A DNA stretch of 48,711 nt from assembly GCA_048885865.1 (NCBI GenBank), contig JBHLLF010000021.1:1-48711 (forward strand), written 5' to 3'. Positions 1 through 10,418 of the stretch are shown here, one piece after another (within the stretch, counting starts at the first letter, position 1; every line of letters starts with the position of its first letter). The DNA is from Candidatus Hermodarchaeota archaeon (GTDB lineage Archaea; Asgardarchaeota; Thorarchaeia; Thorarchaeales; Thorarchaeaceae). A model generated the notes under the pieces. The model was not told the origin of the DNA. It was given only the letters and a program-made list of their open reading frames with translations, and made no database searches. The translations under genes were made by a program, and so were the position numbers.

Positions 1-531
1 GCTTCTGTTTGGCTGAATACTGCAGAACAGTTGGGAATGGATATTGTCGTGGATGGAACTAATGCTAGTGACATGAAAGGCCATCGTCCAGGTGCATTAG
101 CTCTTAAGGAAGCAGGAGTCATCTCACCTTTTAGAGAGTATGGCATTACTAAGGAGGACATTCGCAATTATGCTAGGAAGGCAGGCTTGTCGGTTGCAGA
201 AAGACCTTCAATGGCCTGTCTTTCGAGTAGGTTTCCATACGGCACTGAAATAACAGAAGACCGGGTGAGGCGTGTAGACAAAGTGGAGCGGTACGTGAGG
301 GAGATTTTTGAAATCGAGTGCGTACGTGCACGGTTCCATGGTGATGTAGTCCGCATAGAGGTCGGTCGAGAAGAGCGGGAGAAATTGTTCGATGTGGTCA
401 AGCTGGACAGGATTTATGATCTAGCTAAGCAAGTGGGGTTCAAGTACGTCACATTCGATGTCGCAGGATACCGTACAGGGGCAATGAACGAGGTTCTTGA
501 ATCTCACGCATCTGCAAAGATTGATTCATGA
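1..531 (+). CDS. larE: LarE-like ATP-dependent sulfur transferase (PP-loop family), 5' end outside window
   Basis: Motifs DGTNASD..HRPG, PSMACLSSRFPYG, RARFHGDVVRIEV and GYRTGAMN; frame is open from position 1. Confidence 0.85.
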   Translation, partial: ASVWLNTAEQLGMDIVVDGTNASDMKGHRPGALALKEAGVISPFREYGITKEDIRNYARKAGLSVAERPSMACLSSRFPYGTEITEDRVRRVDKVERYVREIFEIECVRARFHGDVVRIEVGREEREKLFDVVKLDRIYDLAKQVGFKYVTFDVAGYRTGAMNEVLESHASAKIDS

Positions 532-563
532 TACTTTTGGCATTTCACACAGATTTTTGACGG

Positions 564-577
564 CCGTCATATGACGG
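564..577. promoter_or_regulatory. Perfect 14-bp palindrome CCGTCATATGACGG, putative operator
   Basis: Lies 52 bp upstream of the 629 start; near-identical motif at 36850-36869. Confidence 0.55.
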
Positions 578-628
578 TTGAAGAATCAAATAGCAATTAG
601 ATGTGAATGACGCTAAAGGTGTCGTTAG

Positions 629-1408
629 ATGTCTACTCTTACAGAGAGTCTGAAAGAACTTGCGCTTGGTAGTGGATTTGCAGATGTAGGAATTACTACT
701 CCTGAGAGAGTCAGTGATTTGTATTATGGATGGGTTGGTAAGATTCGAAAGATGAAAACACCTTCAGAGGAGTTGGAGTCGGCTAGATCTGTAATCATCA
801 TGACTCAGGAAATCTGGGATGACTCGTTCAGCTTATCCATATACCCGCAAGACTGGAAGGGGTATGGGATGCACCCAGAGAATGAGCAATTCGAATCATA
901 CTATATTGGCTATGAGGTCATGAGGAGGAAAGCTCAGCTCATCGTCGATTATCTGAAAGATAACGGATTTGAAGCACTCATTTCTTTTGAAATACCCTGC
1001 AAGACGACCGCGGTTCGGTGTGGTCTGGGTGCTCAAGGAAAGAACACTCTACTAGTGACGCCAAATCTCGGACCTAGAGTAATGTTGGTTTCTGTTCTCA
1101 CATCCGCAGAGCTTGAGGTTGATGAGCCATTTGAGGAAGATTTGTGTGGAGATTGTGAGAAATGCATCACTGCTTGTCCAACCAGAGCGATTGAGCCATA
1201 TAGGCTATCGATTCATAGATGCATGACATATTCTGCAGAGAGTCCTTGTTCTCCAGATGTTCATGCAGATGTGCGGAAACTAGAGAAGAAGTTGGTTCGC
1301 CGACCTACAAAGAATAGCTTCATCGATTGTTCAATATGTATCAATGTTTGCCCAGTCGGAAAGAGGCAAGGAACGCAATACTCTAAGGCGAAGACATCAC
1401 AGACCTGA
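629..1408 (+). CDS. Epoxyqueuosine reductase-like (QueG/reductive dehalogenase family) 4Fe-4S protein
   Basis: GLGAQGKNTLL..GPRV segment; CGDCEKCITACP and CSICINVCP motifs. Confidence 0.75.
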   Translation: MSTLTESLKELALGSGFADVGITTPERVSDLYYGWVGKIRKMKTPSEELESARSVIIMTQEIWDDSFSLSIYPQDWKGYGMHPENEQFESYYIGYEVMRRKAQLIVDYLKDNGFEALISFEIPCKTTAVRCGLGAQGKNTLLVTPNLGPRVMLVSVLTSAELEVDEPFEEDLCGDCEKCITACPTRAIEPYRLSIHRCMTYSAESPCSPDVHADVRKLEKKLVRRPTKNSFIDCSICINVCPVGKRQGTQYSKAKTSQT

Positions 1409-1414
1409 TGAGAG

Positions 1415-2131
1415 GTGACATCATTGAAAAACGATCAGATCAACCAGGCCTTCACAAATCTCTCTACACCACAAATAGCTGATGCCTGTATACGACTAGC
1501 TGTTCCTCTGAGAATAGGCCCACCTGGCATCAAGCTGATTGATAGTAGATTGCTAATTGCAGGTAGATCGCTTCCATGCCAGCATTTTGGAAGTGTAGAC
1601 ATCTTCTTGGAAATCATGGAAGATGCAAATGAGGGGGATGTCTTGGTAATAGACAACGGTGGTCGGGATGACGAGGGATGCATTGGCGACCTCATCGCGC
1701 TTGAAGCGAAGGAATGTGGACTCGGAGGAATTGTGGTCTGGGGCACTCACAGAGACACAAAGGAGCTGATGGATATCGGGCTTCCAATTATGAGTTATGG
1801 CACCTATCCGGCTGGACCCCAAAGAGTCGATCCACGAAGTCCTGAGGCACTTGACTTAGCTAGATTTGGTGGGTTGACTGTGACCCGAGAAGATGTAGTG
1901 TTTGGAGACCCTGATGGCGTTCTCTTTGTACCATATGAGGATGTTTCAAGAGTGTTGGAAGCTGCCAAGGCCATAATGGAGAAAGAGCAGAGCCAGTCTG
2001 CCAAGATTAGAGATGGAAATAGTCTGAGTGAGCAATTACAGTTTGAGAGCTATCTTCATGCCAGAAGAAAGGACCCATCCCTCACCTTTAGACAACACCT
2101 CAGAAAGATTGGAGGAGCAATCGAGGAGTAG
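1415..2131 (+). CDS. RraA family / HMG aldolase-like protein
   Basis: STPQIADA, GDVLVIDNGG, G..RD and GDPDGV motifs. Confidence 0.85.
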   Translation: MTSLKNDQINQAFTNLSTPQIADACIRLAVPLRIGPPGIKLIDSRLLIAGRSLPCQHFGSVDIFLEIMEDANEGDVLVIDNGGRDDEGCIGDLIALEAKECGLGGIVVWGTHRDTKELMDIGLPIMSYGTYPAGPQRVDPRSPEALDLARFGGLTVTREDVVFGDPDGVLFVPYEDVSRVLEAAKAIMEKEQSQSAKIRDGNSLSEQLQFESYLHARRKDPSLTFRQHLRKIGGAIEE

Positions 2132-2252
2132 CAATGGTACAGATTGGTGTGATACTGGGGTGATACGCCAAAAATTGCGAAATCCTCATTTACACAGCTG
2201 AAATATCACTATAAGTAACAGATTGGAAGATAGATAACGCCACCATCCCTGA

Positions 2253-3383
2253 ATGGAGGGAGTCCGCATCCCATTTGAACTACATCGCCGACAATTCAAA
2301 GTCTGCCTGATTGGAGATGGATTTGTCGGAAAGACGAGCATACGTCGCTCATTCCTAGGTAGTGTGTTCAAGAGAAGTTACATCGCGACATTGGGAGTGG
2401 ATTTTGCGCAGAAGACCTTTGTCATGGGAAAGACTCCTATCTACCTGTTGATATGGGACATAGCTGGGCAACCCCTTTTTCAGGGCCTTCGTAGACGATA
2501 TTATGAAGGATGCAGCGGTCTCCTGCTGACATATTCTGTAGTAAATAGAGAATCATTCGACAATGCATCGAAATGGCTTGTCGAAGCACATGGATTCATG
2601 GGCAAACTTCCGCCTCTGATTATTATAGGCAACAAGATTGATCTTAGACCAAGTCACACAAATGAAGAAACCGTTTCATATGAAGAGGGCCAAGCATTCA
2701 CCAAGAGATTTGGAGAGAAGATGAATACTCCATCCATCTTCATCGAAACATCAGCATTGACTGGTGAGAATATCGACCAGGCCTTCAAGTCGCTCACCGA
2801 GATGATGATTGACGAAGCAGATGGTAGACCCATAAGGAGTGAGCGTGTCCAACTCAGGGTTGATAGGCCTACGGCTATTGATGAAGGTGTGGGCGATACA
2901 ACAATTATGACTTCTGAAACTGAAGCAGCTCAGCCTGTATCAGACACTAGTTCTGTAGGGTCTGCTGAGCCAAGTGAAACAGGAGCTAGTGAACCGGCAA
3001 GTCCATTTGCAGGAAGAATGGAGGTTGCTGATTATGTATCATCGGTCCATGAACCTGTGACTGATGAAAGGCCAGTCAAGGAATCACCCACTGAGATTCT
3101 TAACTTGCGTGCCGAGCTGAAGAGAGCTGAATCGGAACTCTCGAATGTCACCTCAGACTTGGACACTGCCCTACTCAATCTAAAGAACACGGTACATGTC
3201 AAGAGAATCATGTACGAGCATTTGAAACGGCAGCTTCGTGAAACCAGACAAGAGTGGTCAGATGCCTATGACGACTATGTAAGGACAAATCAGCGAAAGA
3301 AGGCTGAGCTAGATAAGAGGAATAAGGAAATCGCGGAGCTTCGAGAACGTATCAGAAAGGCTGAGGAATCTAGGCCCCAATAA
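2253..3383 (+). CDS. Rab/Ras-like small GTPase with acidic linker and C-terminal coiled coil
   Basis: G1 GDGFVGKT, G2 YIATLGVDF, G3 WDIAGQ, G4 NKID, G5 ETSA; heptad-rich C-terminus. Confidence 0.9.
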   Translation: MEGVRIPFELHRRQFKVCLIGDGFVGKTSIRRSFLGSVFKRSYIATLGVDFAQKTFVMGKTPIYLLIWDIAGQPLFQGLRRRYYEGCSGLLLTYSVVNRESFDNASKWLVEAHGFMGKLPPLIIIGNKIDLRPSHTNEETVSYEEGQAFTKRFGEKMNTPSIFIETSALTGENIDQAFKSLTEMMIDEADGRPIRSERVQLRVDRPTAIDEGVGDTTIMTSETEAAQPVSDTSSVGSAEPSETGASEPASPFAGRMEVADYVSSVHEPVTDERPVKESPTEILNLRAELKRAESELSNVTSDLDTALLNLKNTVHVKRIMYEHLKRQLRETRQEWSDAYDDYVRTNQRKKAELDKRNKEIAELRERIRKAEESRPQ

Positions 3384-3427
3384 CTGCATTTTCACGACAT
3401 ATCGTAGAGCTTATCAGTATATTAACA

Positions 3428-3985
3428 ATGGTTAATTCTATGAGAGCTAAATGCGACACGAATGCCTTCATCGCATTGTCAGGCCCACACCCGACGTATT
3501 TAGTCACGGCAAATGATCCAAGAGATAATAGTAAGGCCGCCATTGCTGTTGCATGGGCCACTCCTCTCTCAGTTCGACCCCCTTTATTCGGGATAGTGGT
3601 TTCTCCAAACAAGTCCAGCTACAATATAGTCAAGGAAGCTGGGGTTTTCACTGTCAATATAATGCCCCTTAATGCTCTAAGTGAGCTGTGGTGGGCAGGC
3701 ACCCATACAGGCCGACAGTATGAAGACAAGATAACAGAGGCCGGTTTGACTCCAGTACCTGGGAAAACAGACAAGAATGCGACCTCAGTGGAAGAGGCTA
3801 TCGCCTCCTTTGAGTGCAAAGTGAAGAACATGGTTCCTATTGGAAATCACACACTCATTGTGGGCCAGGTCGTTTCTGCCGATGCTATGGAGAAGTTCTT
3901 TGACACTAAGAAGGGTGCGTGGAATCCTGAGACTGCACGCTTGATCTATCATCTTGCGAACGAGGCATTCTTGACCAATTGTTAG
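3428..3985 (+). CDS. Flavin reductase family protein
   Basis: AVAWATPLSVRPP, FTVNI and GNHTLIVGQV motifs. Confidence 0.85.
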   Translation: MVNSMRAKCDTNAFIALSGPHPTYLVTANDPRDNSKAAIAVAWATPLSVRPPLFGIVVSPNKSSYNIVKEAGVFTVNIMPLNALSELWWAGTHTGRQYEDKITEAGLTPVPGKTDKNATSVEEAIASFECKVKNMVPIGNHTLIVGQVVSADAMEKFFDTKKGAWNPETARLIYHLANEAFLTNC

Positions 3986-4118
3986 AAAGAGTGATGCCGC
4001 AGAAGCAAGCCTGCAAAATCTGGCATACACAAAGGTAGCTAGAAATCCATTTGGCCCAAGAGGCAAACGTTTCAGCTCATCTATGGAAAGCTGTATATCA
4101 TAATGACGTATTAACTAT

Positions 4119-4371
4119 AATGAAGACCATGAAGGTAATGTCGAAACGAACAAAGCTGGACAGAGCTGAAATCATCCGAAAAGCGAAGGCGGAGTTCAAT
4201 GGGAGATTTGGACTAGCTGTAAGGAATCCTGATGCAACATGCTGCATTGAGTTTGCTAGCGATTTGGGCTACATCACACTCGAGGTGATTGAGCATGACC
4301 ATGAGAATGAGGTAGTCCTGAGAACTCGGGAGTGGGAATACCAAGTGCAGCAGTTCATCCAAAGGCTATGA
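4119..4371 (+). CDS. Small hypothetical protein (start uncertain)
   Basis: Protein-like ORF in line with neighbours, ending ..TREWEYQVQQFIQRL. Confidence 0.6.
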
Positions 4372-4387
4372 TGATTCTAAGAAACTG

Positions 4388-4804
4388 ATGCAGTGGAGGA
4401 GAAGTAAGGAAATGACAGAGAAACTGAAAATGTCAACAACTATTTCCGCGAAGCCAATGGAAATCTATGAGTCATGGCTAGATAGCAAGAAACACAGCGC
4501 CATGACTGGGAGTGAGGCAAAGGTCGAACCTAAGGTCAATGGGAAGTTCACAGCATGGGACGGCTATATTGAGGGTAAGACGATTGAGATGGAACCAGGC
4601 AAGAGGATCATTCAGAAATGGCGTACAACTGATTTTCCATCCGGCAGTCCCGATTCTACTGTCAAGATCACTCTGGAGGAGGTCGAGAAGGGTACGAAAA
4701 TCGTCTTAGTCCATACGGAAATACCGGAGGGCCAGAAAGATGACTACAAGCAGGGCTGGAAGGACTTCTATTTTGATCCCATGAAAAACTACTTCAAGTC
4801 GTAG
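4388..4804 (+). CDS. SRPBCC/AHSA1-like (activator of Hsp90 ATPase) domain protein
   Basis: W.DS..H..MTG, F.AWDGYI.G, QKWRT.DF and GW..FYF motifs. Confidence 0.85.
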   Translation: MQWRRSKEMTEKLKMSTTISAKPMEIYESWLDSKKHSAMTGSEAKVEPKVNGKFTAWDGYIEGKTIEMEPGKRIIQKWRTTDFPSGSPDSTVKITLEEVEKGTKIVLVHTEIPEGQKDDYKQGWKDFYFDPMKNYFKS

Positions 4805-5051
4805 CTATGGACGAGCATTTTCGTTTTGAAAAGTGACTACCTTGTCAGATTCGCAGTCCATCTAGCAAGATTCCTCATGCTGCCTCGTTCCACTCGTGAA
4901 ACTAGGTGTTCCTCAGTCAGGCCTTGGCATGAAAGAAGCGACGATACACCTTGTGGAATTTGCATTTCAAGCTGAAAAACTGGACGTATCAATAAACAGC
5001 AGGTTTATATCAAATTAGTTTAACAATAGTTAATAGTCCGGGGAGGCTCCA

Positions 5052-7775
5052 ATGACTCGAGCGGAAATAGACAATGTGATTCGGACCCCAGACAGAAAGT
5101 TGCGTGTATTTGTGAGTTCGACACTAAAGGAGATGCTGAAGGAGCGTGAGGTCGCTCGAAAATCCATAGCCAAGCTGCATCTCGCACCTGTTATGTTCGA
5201 GCTTGGAGCGCGGCCACATGATGCTCGTGACCTCTATCGTGCCTACCTTGAACAAAGTGACATCTTCATAGGTATCTATGGCGAGAGGTATGGATGGATT
5301 GCTCCAGGGGAGGAAATTTCAGGTTTAGAGGATGAATACCACCTTTCAGAAAAGAAACCTAGGCTAATCTATGTTAAGAACCCCGTTTCTAATCGAGACC
5401 CCCGTCTACAGGATATGCTACTCGAGATTCGTGATTATGGTGGAGTGTCCTACAAACATTTCTCTACACCCCAACAGCTTGAAACGCTCATAGCCGAAGA
5501 TCTTGCTGTGCTCCTTTCTGAACGGTTTGCAATGAGCCAGGCAAAAAGGGAGCAGGCGATGGCTGAAAATTTGAAATGTCCAGTGCCGATTCCAGCTAGC
5601 CCAATAGTAGGAAGAGCCCTCGAAGCAACAAGGGCATTTGACTTGCTCATGGGAAACGCGCGTCTTGTGACACTAACAGGTCCTGGGGGCAGTGGCAAGT
5701 CACGTCTCGCAATCGAATTGGCAAACATGTTGGCAGAGTCCTTCGATAGTGTTTGCTTTGTTGAGCTTGCAGCGGTTTCTGATCCTGAACTAGTTGATGA
5801 CGTAATCGCAAGTGAACTCGGACTTAAGGATGCAGGAACTAGACCAATGGCTGAAATCCTCAAGTTAAACCTCAAGGACAGGCGGATGCTCTTAGTTCTG
5901 GACAATTTTGAGCAGGTAATATCCGCAGCTCCCTTGGTCGCGGACTTTCTTCAGAGCTGTCCAATGCTCAAGGTTCTTGTCACAAGTAGGATGCCGCTCC
6001 ACCTACGGGGTGAAAAGGAACTTACAGTACCGCCTCTTCCTGTACCTGAACCTGACTGCAATGAACCATTTGAGTGCATTACGGAATATCCTGCAGTTGC
6101 ACTCTTCATGGAACGAGCGCAGTCCGTAAGGCCAAGCTTTGAACTGACACGAGAAAACGCATCGAGTATCGCTGAGATATGCAGGCGCTTGGATGGCCTT
6201 CCGTTGGCCATCGAGCTAGCTGCAGCTCGTATACGCCTTCTTTCGCCAGCTGCAATGTTGGACCGTCTAGAAAGAAAACTCCCGCTTTTGAAGAGTCTAT
6301 CACGAGATTTGCCTCTGAGACAGAAGACAATGCAGGACACTATCAAATGGAGCTATGACCTGCTTGAATCACATGAAGCCAAATTCTACAGAAGATTGGC
6401 AGCTTTCACTGGAGGTTGGACGCTCGATGCGGCAGAATCAGTCTGTAATTCAGAAGGAGAGATTGCAGAAGATACGCTTGAAACACTTGAAAGACTTGTC
6501 GATAAGAATCTAGTACGTTACAGGGAAGACGCAAAGGGTACTGCACGTTTCGACATGCTTGAAACAATTCGTGAATTCGCCAGCGAGCGACTCTCTAAGA
6601 GCGGCGAGGAATCCTTGATAAAACAACGTCACGCAGACTACTTCCTAAGGTTGGCCGAAGGTGCAGAATTGGTTCTTCCCAGCCAAAAACGAGAGAGGAG
6701 GCTCTCGATTCTTGCTAGCGACTTGGATAATTTCAGAGCTGTAATTCAGAGGGCTCTTGATGGATTTGTAGAGCAATCTGTAGCGATGAGAGTCGTTGGA
6801 TCTCTGGCTTGGTTTTGGCACTTCCGAGGTCACATCACGGAAGGACGAAAATGGGCATCAGTATTTCTCGAAAAGATGGGGAGCGGAGTTGCACCAGAAA
6901 TTAGAGCGAAGGTCCTCTATACTGCCGGAGGACTTGCGTGGGGGCAAGGTGATTATGAAACCTCAAACTCCCTGCTAGAACAGAGCGCATCGATATCCAA
7001 GGAAAATGATATGAAGTGGCATCAAGCCCATGCTCAAGTCATCCTAGCTGGCGGTCTTGCGAATATAGGCGATTATGATAGAGCACGTAGTTACGCCAAG
7101 GAGGCTGTGTCGCTCATGACAGAGGTCGAAGATATCTGGGGAAAGGCCTTCGCTCTGAACTGGCTAGGGGACATTATTTTTGTGCAATCTGGTAATGAAA
7201 ACGCTGCAATGTCATTATTCAATGAAAGCTTGGAGATTTTCAAAGGACTGAATGACATATGGGGATGGGGAGCGGCGCTGAATCACATGGGTGTGATCGC
7301 GATGCTTGACGGGAATCTTGCCAGAGCAAGGTCATTCATCGAAGAGAGTATCGCTCTGATTCATGACTCAGGTGATAGGTGGGCCATGGCCCGAGGCCTC
7401 ACTGAGTATGCTAATGTTATTCTTCAACAGGGAGATATTGAGCGGGCGAAGAGGACCTTTGAGAAGGGCCTATACATGTGGAATGAGATGGGGAACAAGC
7501 TCGGTATTCTGATGTGTCTTGATGGATTAGCGCGTGTTGCTACAGGAAGCGGCGATCTACAACGGGCTGCCAGGCTTTTCGGAATAGCACGACTACCTGC
7601 GAAGCCAGTCGGTGTATTGTTTGTACCAGTCGATTCAGAGGAGCTAGAAGCACGTATCGATCCGGTGCGGAGTCAGCTAGGCGAAGAAGAGTGGGAACGG
7701 GAATATGAGAAAGGCGGCGAAATGACACTAGAAGAAGCTGTTGCTTTTGCGTTCCAACAAAGCTCCTTCAGCTAG
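5052..7775 (+). CDS. DUF4062 + STAND/NB-ARC ATPase + TPR repeat protein (NLR-like)
   Basis: N-terminal VFVSST...ER..SDIFIGIYGERYG; Walker A GPGGSGKS; LLVLDNFEQ; LDGLPLAIELAAAR; TPR-like helical repeats. Confidence 0.85.
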   Translation: MTRAEIDNVIRTPDRKLRVFVSSTLKEMLKEREVARKSIAKLHLAPVMFELGARPHDARDLYRAYLEQSDIFIGIYGERYGWIAPGEEISGLEDEYHLSEKKPRLIYVKNPVSNRDPRLQDMLLEIRDYGGVSYKHFSTPQQLETLIAEDLAVLLSERFAMSQAKREQAMAENLKCPVPIPASPIVGRALEATRAFDLLMGNARLVTLTGPGGSGKSRLAIELANMLAESFDSVCFVELAAVSDPELVDDVIASELGLKDAGTRPMAEILKLNLKDRRMLLVLDNFEQVISAAPLVADFLQSCPMLKVLVTSRMPLHLRGEKELTVPPLPVPEPDCNEPFECITEYPAVALFMERAQSVRPSFELTRENASSIAEICRRLDGLPLAIELAAARIRLLSPAAMLDRLERKLPLLKSLSRDLPLRQKTMQDTIKWSYDLLESHEAKFYRRLAAFTGGWTLDAAESVCNSEGEIAEDTLETLERLVDKNLVRYREDAKGTARFDMLETIREFASERLSKSGEESLIKQRHADYFLRLAEGAELVLPSQKRERRLSILASDLDNFRAVIQRALDGFVEQSVAMRVVGSLAWFWHFRGHITEGRKWASVFLEKMGSGVAPEIRAKVLYTAGGLAWGQGDYETSNSLLEQSASISKENDMKWHQAHAQVILAGGLANIGDYDRARSYAKEAVSLMTEVEDIWGKAFALNWLGDIIFVQSGNENAAMSLFNESLEIFKGLNDIWGWGAALNHMGVIAMLDGNLARARSFIEESIALIHDSGDRWAMARGLTEYANVILQQGDIERAKRTFEKGLYMWNEMGNKLGILMCLDGLARVATGSGDLQRAARLFGIARLPAKPVGVLFVPVDSEELEARIDPVRSQLGEEEWEREYEKGGEMTLEEAVAFAFQQSSFS

Positions 7776-7790
7776 AATGATTCTTTCAAT

Positions 7791-8219
7791 TCATATGTAT
7801 AGACTCATCGCGGCATCGCGTGCAATGTCTACAAACATCCCTAGACCAGCTACAGAATCAACCTCTTCTATCAGTTCTTCTTGTGACAGATTGAAGAGAG
7901 TCATTGCTGTGACGCAGACATGAAGTTTAAGTCCAAGACGCTTTGCCTCACGAATCTGCTCTGAGATGGGAAGCAAAATTCCCACTTCAAGTCCCATCTC
8001 AATATCATCTCTCAGGTCGTCATTAGTTTCTGGTGCGATATCATCGATCACTCCCTTAACCAGTCGTTTCAGGGCTCCAAATGTGAAGAGAGTAATAACT
8101 TCCATTCCAGAAGCCAATGCAGCTTTTGCTAGCATGAGACCATAGCTTATTCTATCGTATGCTGCGCTGTGAAATATCATCGCTAATACATCGGCCCTAT
8201 CATTTTTCCCGTGCTTCAT
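7791..8219 (-). CDS. DsrE/DsrF-like (peroxiredoxin family) protein
   Basis: LFTFGAL, HVCVTAM and VAGL..F motifs. Confidence 0.75.
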   Translation of the reverse strand: MKHGKNDRADVLAMIFHSAAYDRISYGLMLAKAALASGMEVITLFTFGALKRLVKGVIDDIAPETNDDLRDDIEMGLEVGILLPISEQIREAKRLGLKLHVCVTAMTLFNLSQEELIEEVDSVAGLGMFVDIARDAAMSLYI

Positions 8220-8477
8220 GTAGGCACCTTCTTTCACTATGAAAGATAGATTCTATCCTAATGACTCCCTTGATGGGTATGAGAGCGTTATTGACTCCGA
8301 TCTTCTCTGTTGGACGCCCTTGAGAGCTTTAGGCATGTAATTCTACAGCTGAGCCTCGACTTAGCTTCACTCAACCCCCACTCCAATGGTTTATGTAGAA
8401 ATCCTAGCAATACTTGATATTCGATTTACCTCATGGTACTGACTTATTGTACCACCTAATCGAATGGAGTGATACAA

Positions 8478-8651
8478 ATGGCTGAGAGAATCAAGAAATT
8501 TGTGAGTGTGATTGGTGGAAAGCTCGACATCACATGCGATGAGTGTGGCGGTAAAATGCGTCCTGGAGGACACTATCAGCTCGAGGCGGGTGGTAAAACC
8601 TACCAATTCGACACAGAGAAGTGCATGGAGGCTTTCGAAGCCAAGCTCTAG
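8478..8651 (+). CDS. Small TRASH/YHS-like metal-binding protein
   Basis: CDECGG...GKTYQFDTEKC pattern; SD-like GGAGTGA upstream. Confidence 0.65.
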   Translation: MAERIKKFVSVIGGKLDITCDECGGKMRPGGHYQLEAGGKTYQFDTEKCMEAFEAKL

Positions 8652-8779
8652 TCTTTTCACTTTCGTCTATTCGCCGCGCGGAGGCAATTCTGATTTAGCC
8701 TCCGCATCTGTCTTTTTGGGTAGAAGGCACGATTTATAGTTCGAGTCTACTGTTTTCCTTTCCTTTACCGGTTCATTTT

Positions 8780-8799
8780 TAATGAATCAATATTCATAA
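8780..8799. promoter_or_regulatory. Palindromic operator-like site ATGAAT-N4-ATTCAT upstream of mrp
   Basis: TAATGAATCAATATTCATAA is the exact reverse complement of 27949-27968. Confidence 0.6.
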
Positions 8800-8861
8800 T
8801 TATATGTCAATGTTGATTCTTCAGATGTTGAGAGATGACAACATGAATTGAGGTGCATTGT

Positions 8862-9695
8862 ATGGCCGACACAGATGCTCATGCAAAAGACTTGGTACCG
8901 CCTGAAGTCAGAGGTAACATGAAGGACGTGAAACACAAGATCGTTGTGCTCTCGGGCAAAGGCGGTGTAGGAAAGACCACAGTGGCGACGAATTTGGCAA
9001 TGTCTTTCGCCAAGCAAGGGCTGAAGTCCGGTATTCTTGATGTTGACATATACGGTCCAAATGTTCCGAAGCTTTTAGGTCTCGAGGGAATCCACCCGCA
9101 GTTAGAAAACGAAAGAATCCGACCCATACGGGGCCCGCTAAATCTCAAAGTGATGAGCATGGGCTTTCTGCTAAGACAGACAGATGACGCGATCGCTTGG
9201 AGAGGGCCGCTTGTTGGAAAAGCTATTCGGCAGTTCCTTAGTGATGTGATGTGGGGAGAACTGGATGTCTTGGTTGTGGATCTCCCTCCTGGCACGGGAG
9301 ATGAGATACTGAGTATTCTTCAGTCGATTCCCGACATAGATGGTGTGATAATAGTATCAACACCCCAGGAGGTTGCTGTGCTTGATGCACGTCGAGCGAT
9401 TCGTCTTGTGGAGAGAATGGGGGTACCTGTCTTGGGGATAGTAGAGAACATGAGTGAATTTGTTTGTCCGAAGTGCGGAGAGATATACAGACTGTTCGGA
9501 GAAGGAGTGACCCAAAAGGCTGCAAAGGATTTTAGGGTGCGCCATTTGGGGTCTTTGCCACTGGACCCAAGAATCATCAGTTTGTCTGATAAGGGGACGC
9601 CATTTGTGGAGGAGAATCCTGGCTCAAAAGCAGCCAAGGCCTTTGGTGCCATGGTCAGTCAAATCAGCGAAATCATTGGACTAGAGGACTCATAA
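8862..9695 (+). CDS. mrp: Mrp/NBP35 Fe-S cluster carrier ATPase
   Basis: SGKGGVGKTT, DVDIYGPN, WRGP, DLPPGTGD and ENMS..CPKCG motifs. Confidence 0.92.
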   Translation: MADTDAHAKDLVPPEVRGNMKDVKHKIVVLSGKGGVGKTTVATNLAMSFAKQGLKSGILDVDIYGPNVPKLLGLEGIHPQLENERIRPIRGPLNLKVMSMGFLLRQTDDAIAWRGPLVGKAIRQFLSDVMWGELDVLVVDLPPGTGDEILSILQSIPDIDGVIIVSTPQEVAVLDARRAIRLVERMGVPVLGIVENMSEFVCPKCGEIYRLFGEGVTQKAAKDFRVRHLGSLPLDPRIISLSDKGTPFVEENPGSKAAKAFGAMVSQISEIIGLEDS

Positions 9696-9751
9696 GCGAA
9701 TACGAGATGAGGCACCAAGTGTTGCAGATGAAACATGAATGTTGGAGTCCT

Positions 9752-10060
9752 TTATTGATTTCCTGAATAGATTTTGACACCTTTGTATATGAGAAAGATG
9801 CCAATAATCAAAGCAACACCAATTATGGTGATTTCAATCAGTCCCAACAATAGGCCACTGGTCACTATCCAATATGCATACCAGGAAATCGGAGTCACTG
9901 GTATCATGATACCTACGGTGATGCCACCCACGCCTAAGAAACGATAACGCCTTGTCAAGTCAGAACCTTCTCGGTAGCCAAGTCCCAGAAATACAAAACC
10001 AATCAGGAATCCTATCGCGAGAAGCATAGGAAGGGGTACTGCAAGCATCTGTTCCTGCAT
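9752..10060 (-). CDS. Hypothetical membrane protein (about 3 TM)
   Basis: Hydrophobic segments; SD-like GGAGATG upstream. Confidence 0.6.
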   Translation of the reverse strand: MQEQMLAVPLPMLLAIGFLIGFVFLGLGYREGSDLTRRYRFLGVGGITVGIMIPVTPISWYAYWIVTSGLLLGLIEITIIGVALIIGIFLIYKGVKIYSGNQ

Positions 10061-10193
10061 TCTTCAACATCTCCCCAATTTGAATTAGATAACTATGTTG
10101 AACCAAACCTACTTAAGAATATAACGGCGTTATAGATAGACTGTAGCCCAACTGGGTTAATGCTATGCAGCGTGAAGTGGAGGAAGAAATAGA

Positions 10194-10418
10194 GTGCTCA
10201 GATTCAATGTGCTGGTACAGCTACGTGCTCATGAGGTGCGTAATGCCTACAAGACTATTAGCAGGATGAAGGGAGTTAGACGAGCAAATCGAGTTGCAGG
10301 AGCTTATGATGTAATCGCGTACGCCGAACTCGAATCAGTCAGCGAATTAAAAGGATTCATGGATAGGGTGCGTCTAATGCCAGGCTTCATCCATGCTGAA
10401 ACCTGTGTGGCATTATGA
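10194..10418 (+). CDS. Stand-alone Lrp/AsnC ligand-binding (RAM) domain protein
   Basis: GV.....V.GAYDVIAYAE...ETCVA pattern; paralogue at 31089. Confidence 0.8.
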   Translation: MLRFNVLVQLRAHEVRNAYKTISRMKGVRRANRVAGAYDVIAYAELESVSELKGFMDRVRLMPGFIHAETCVAL

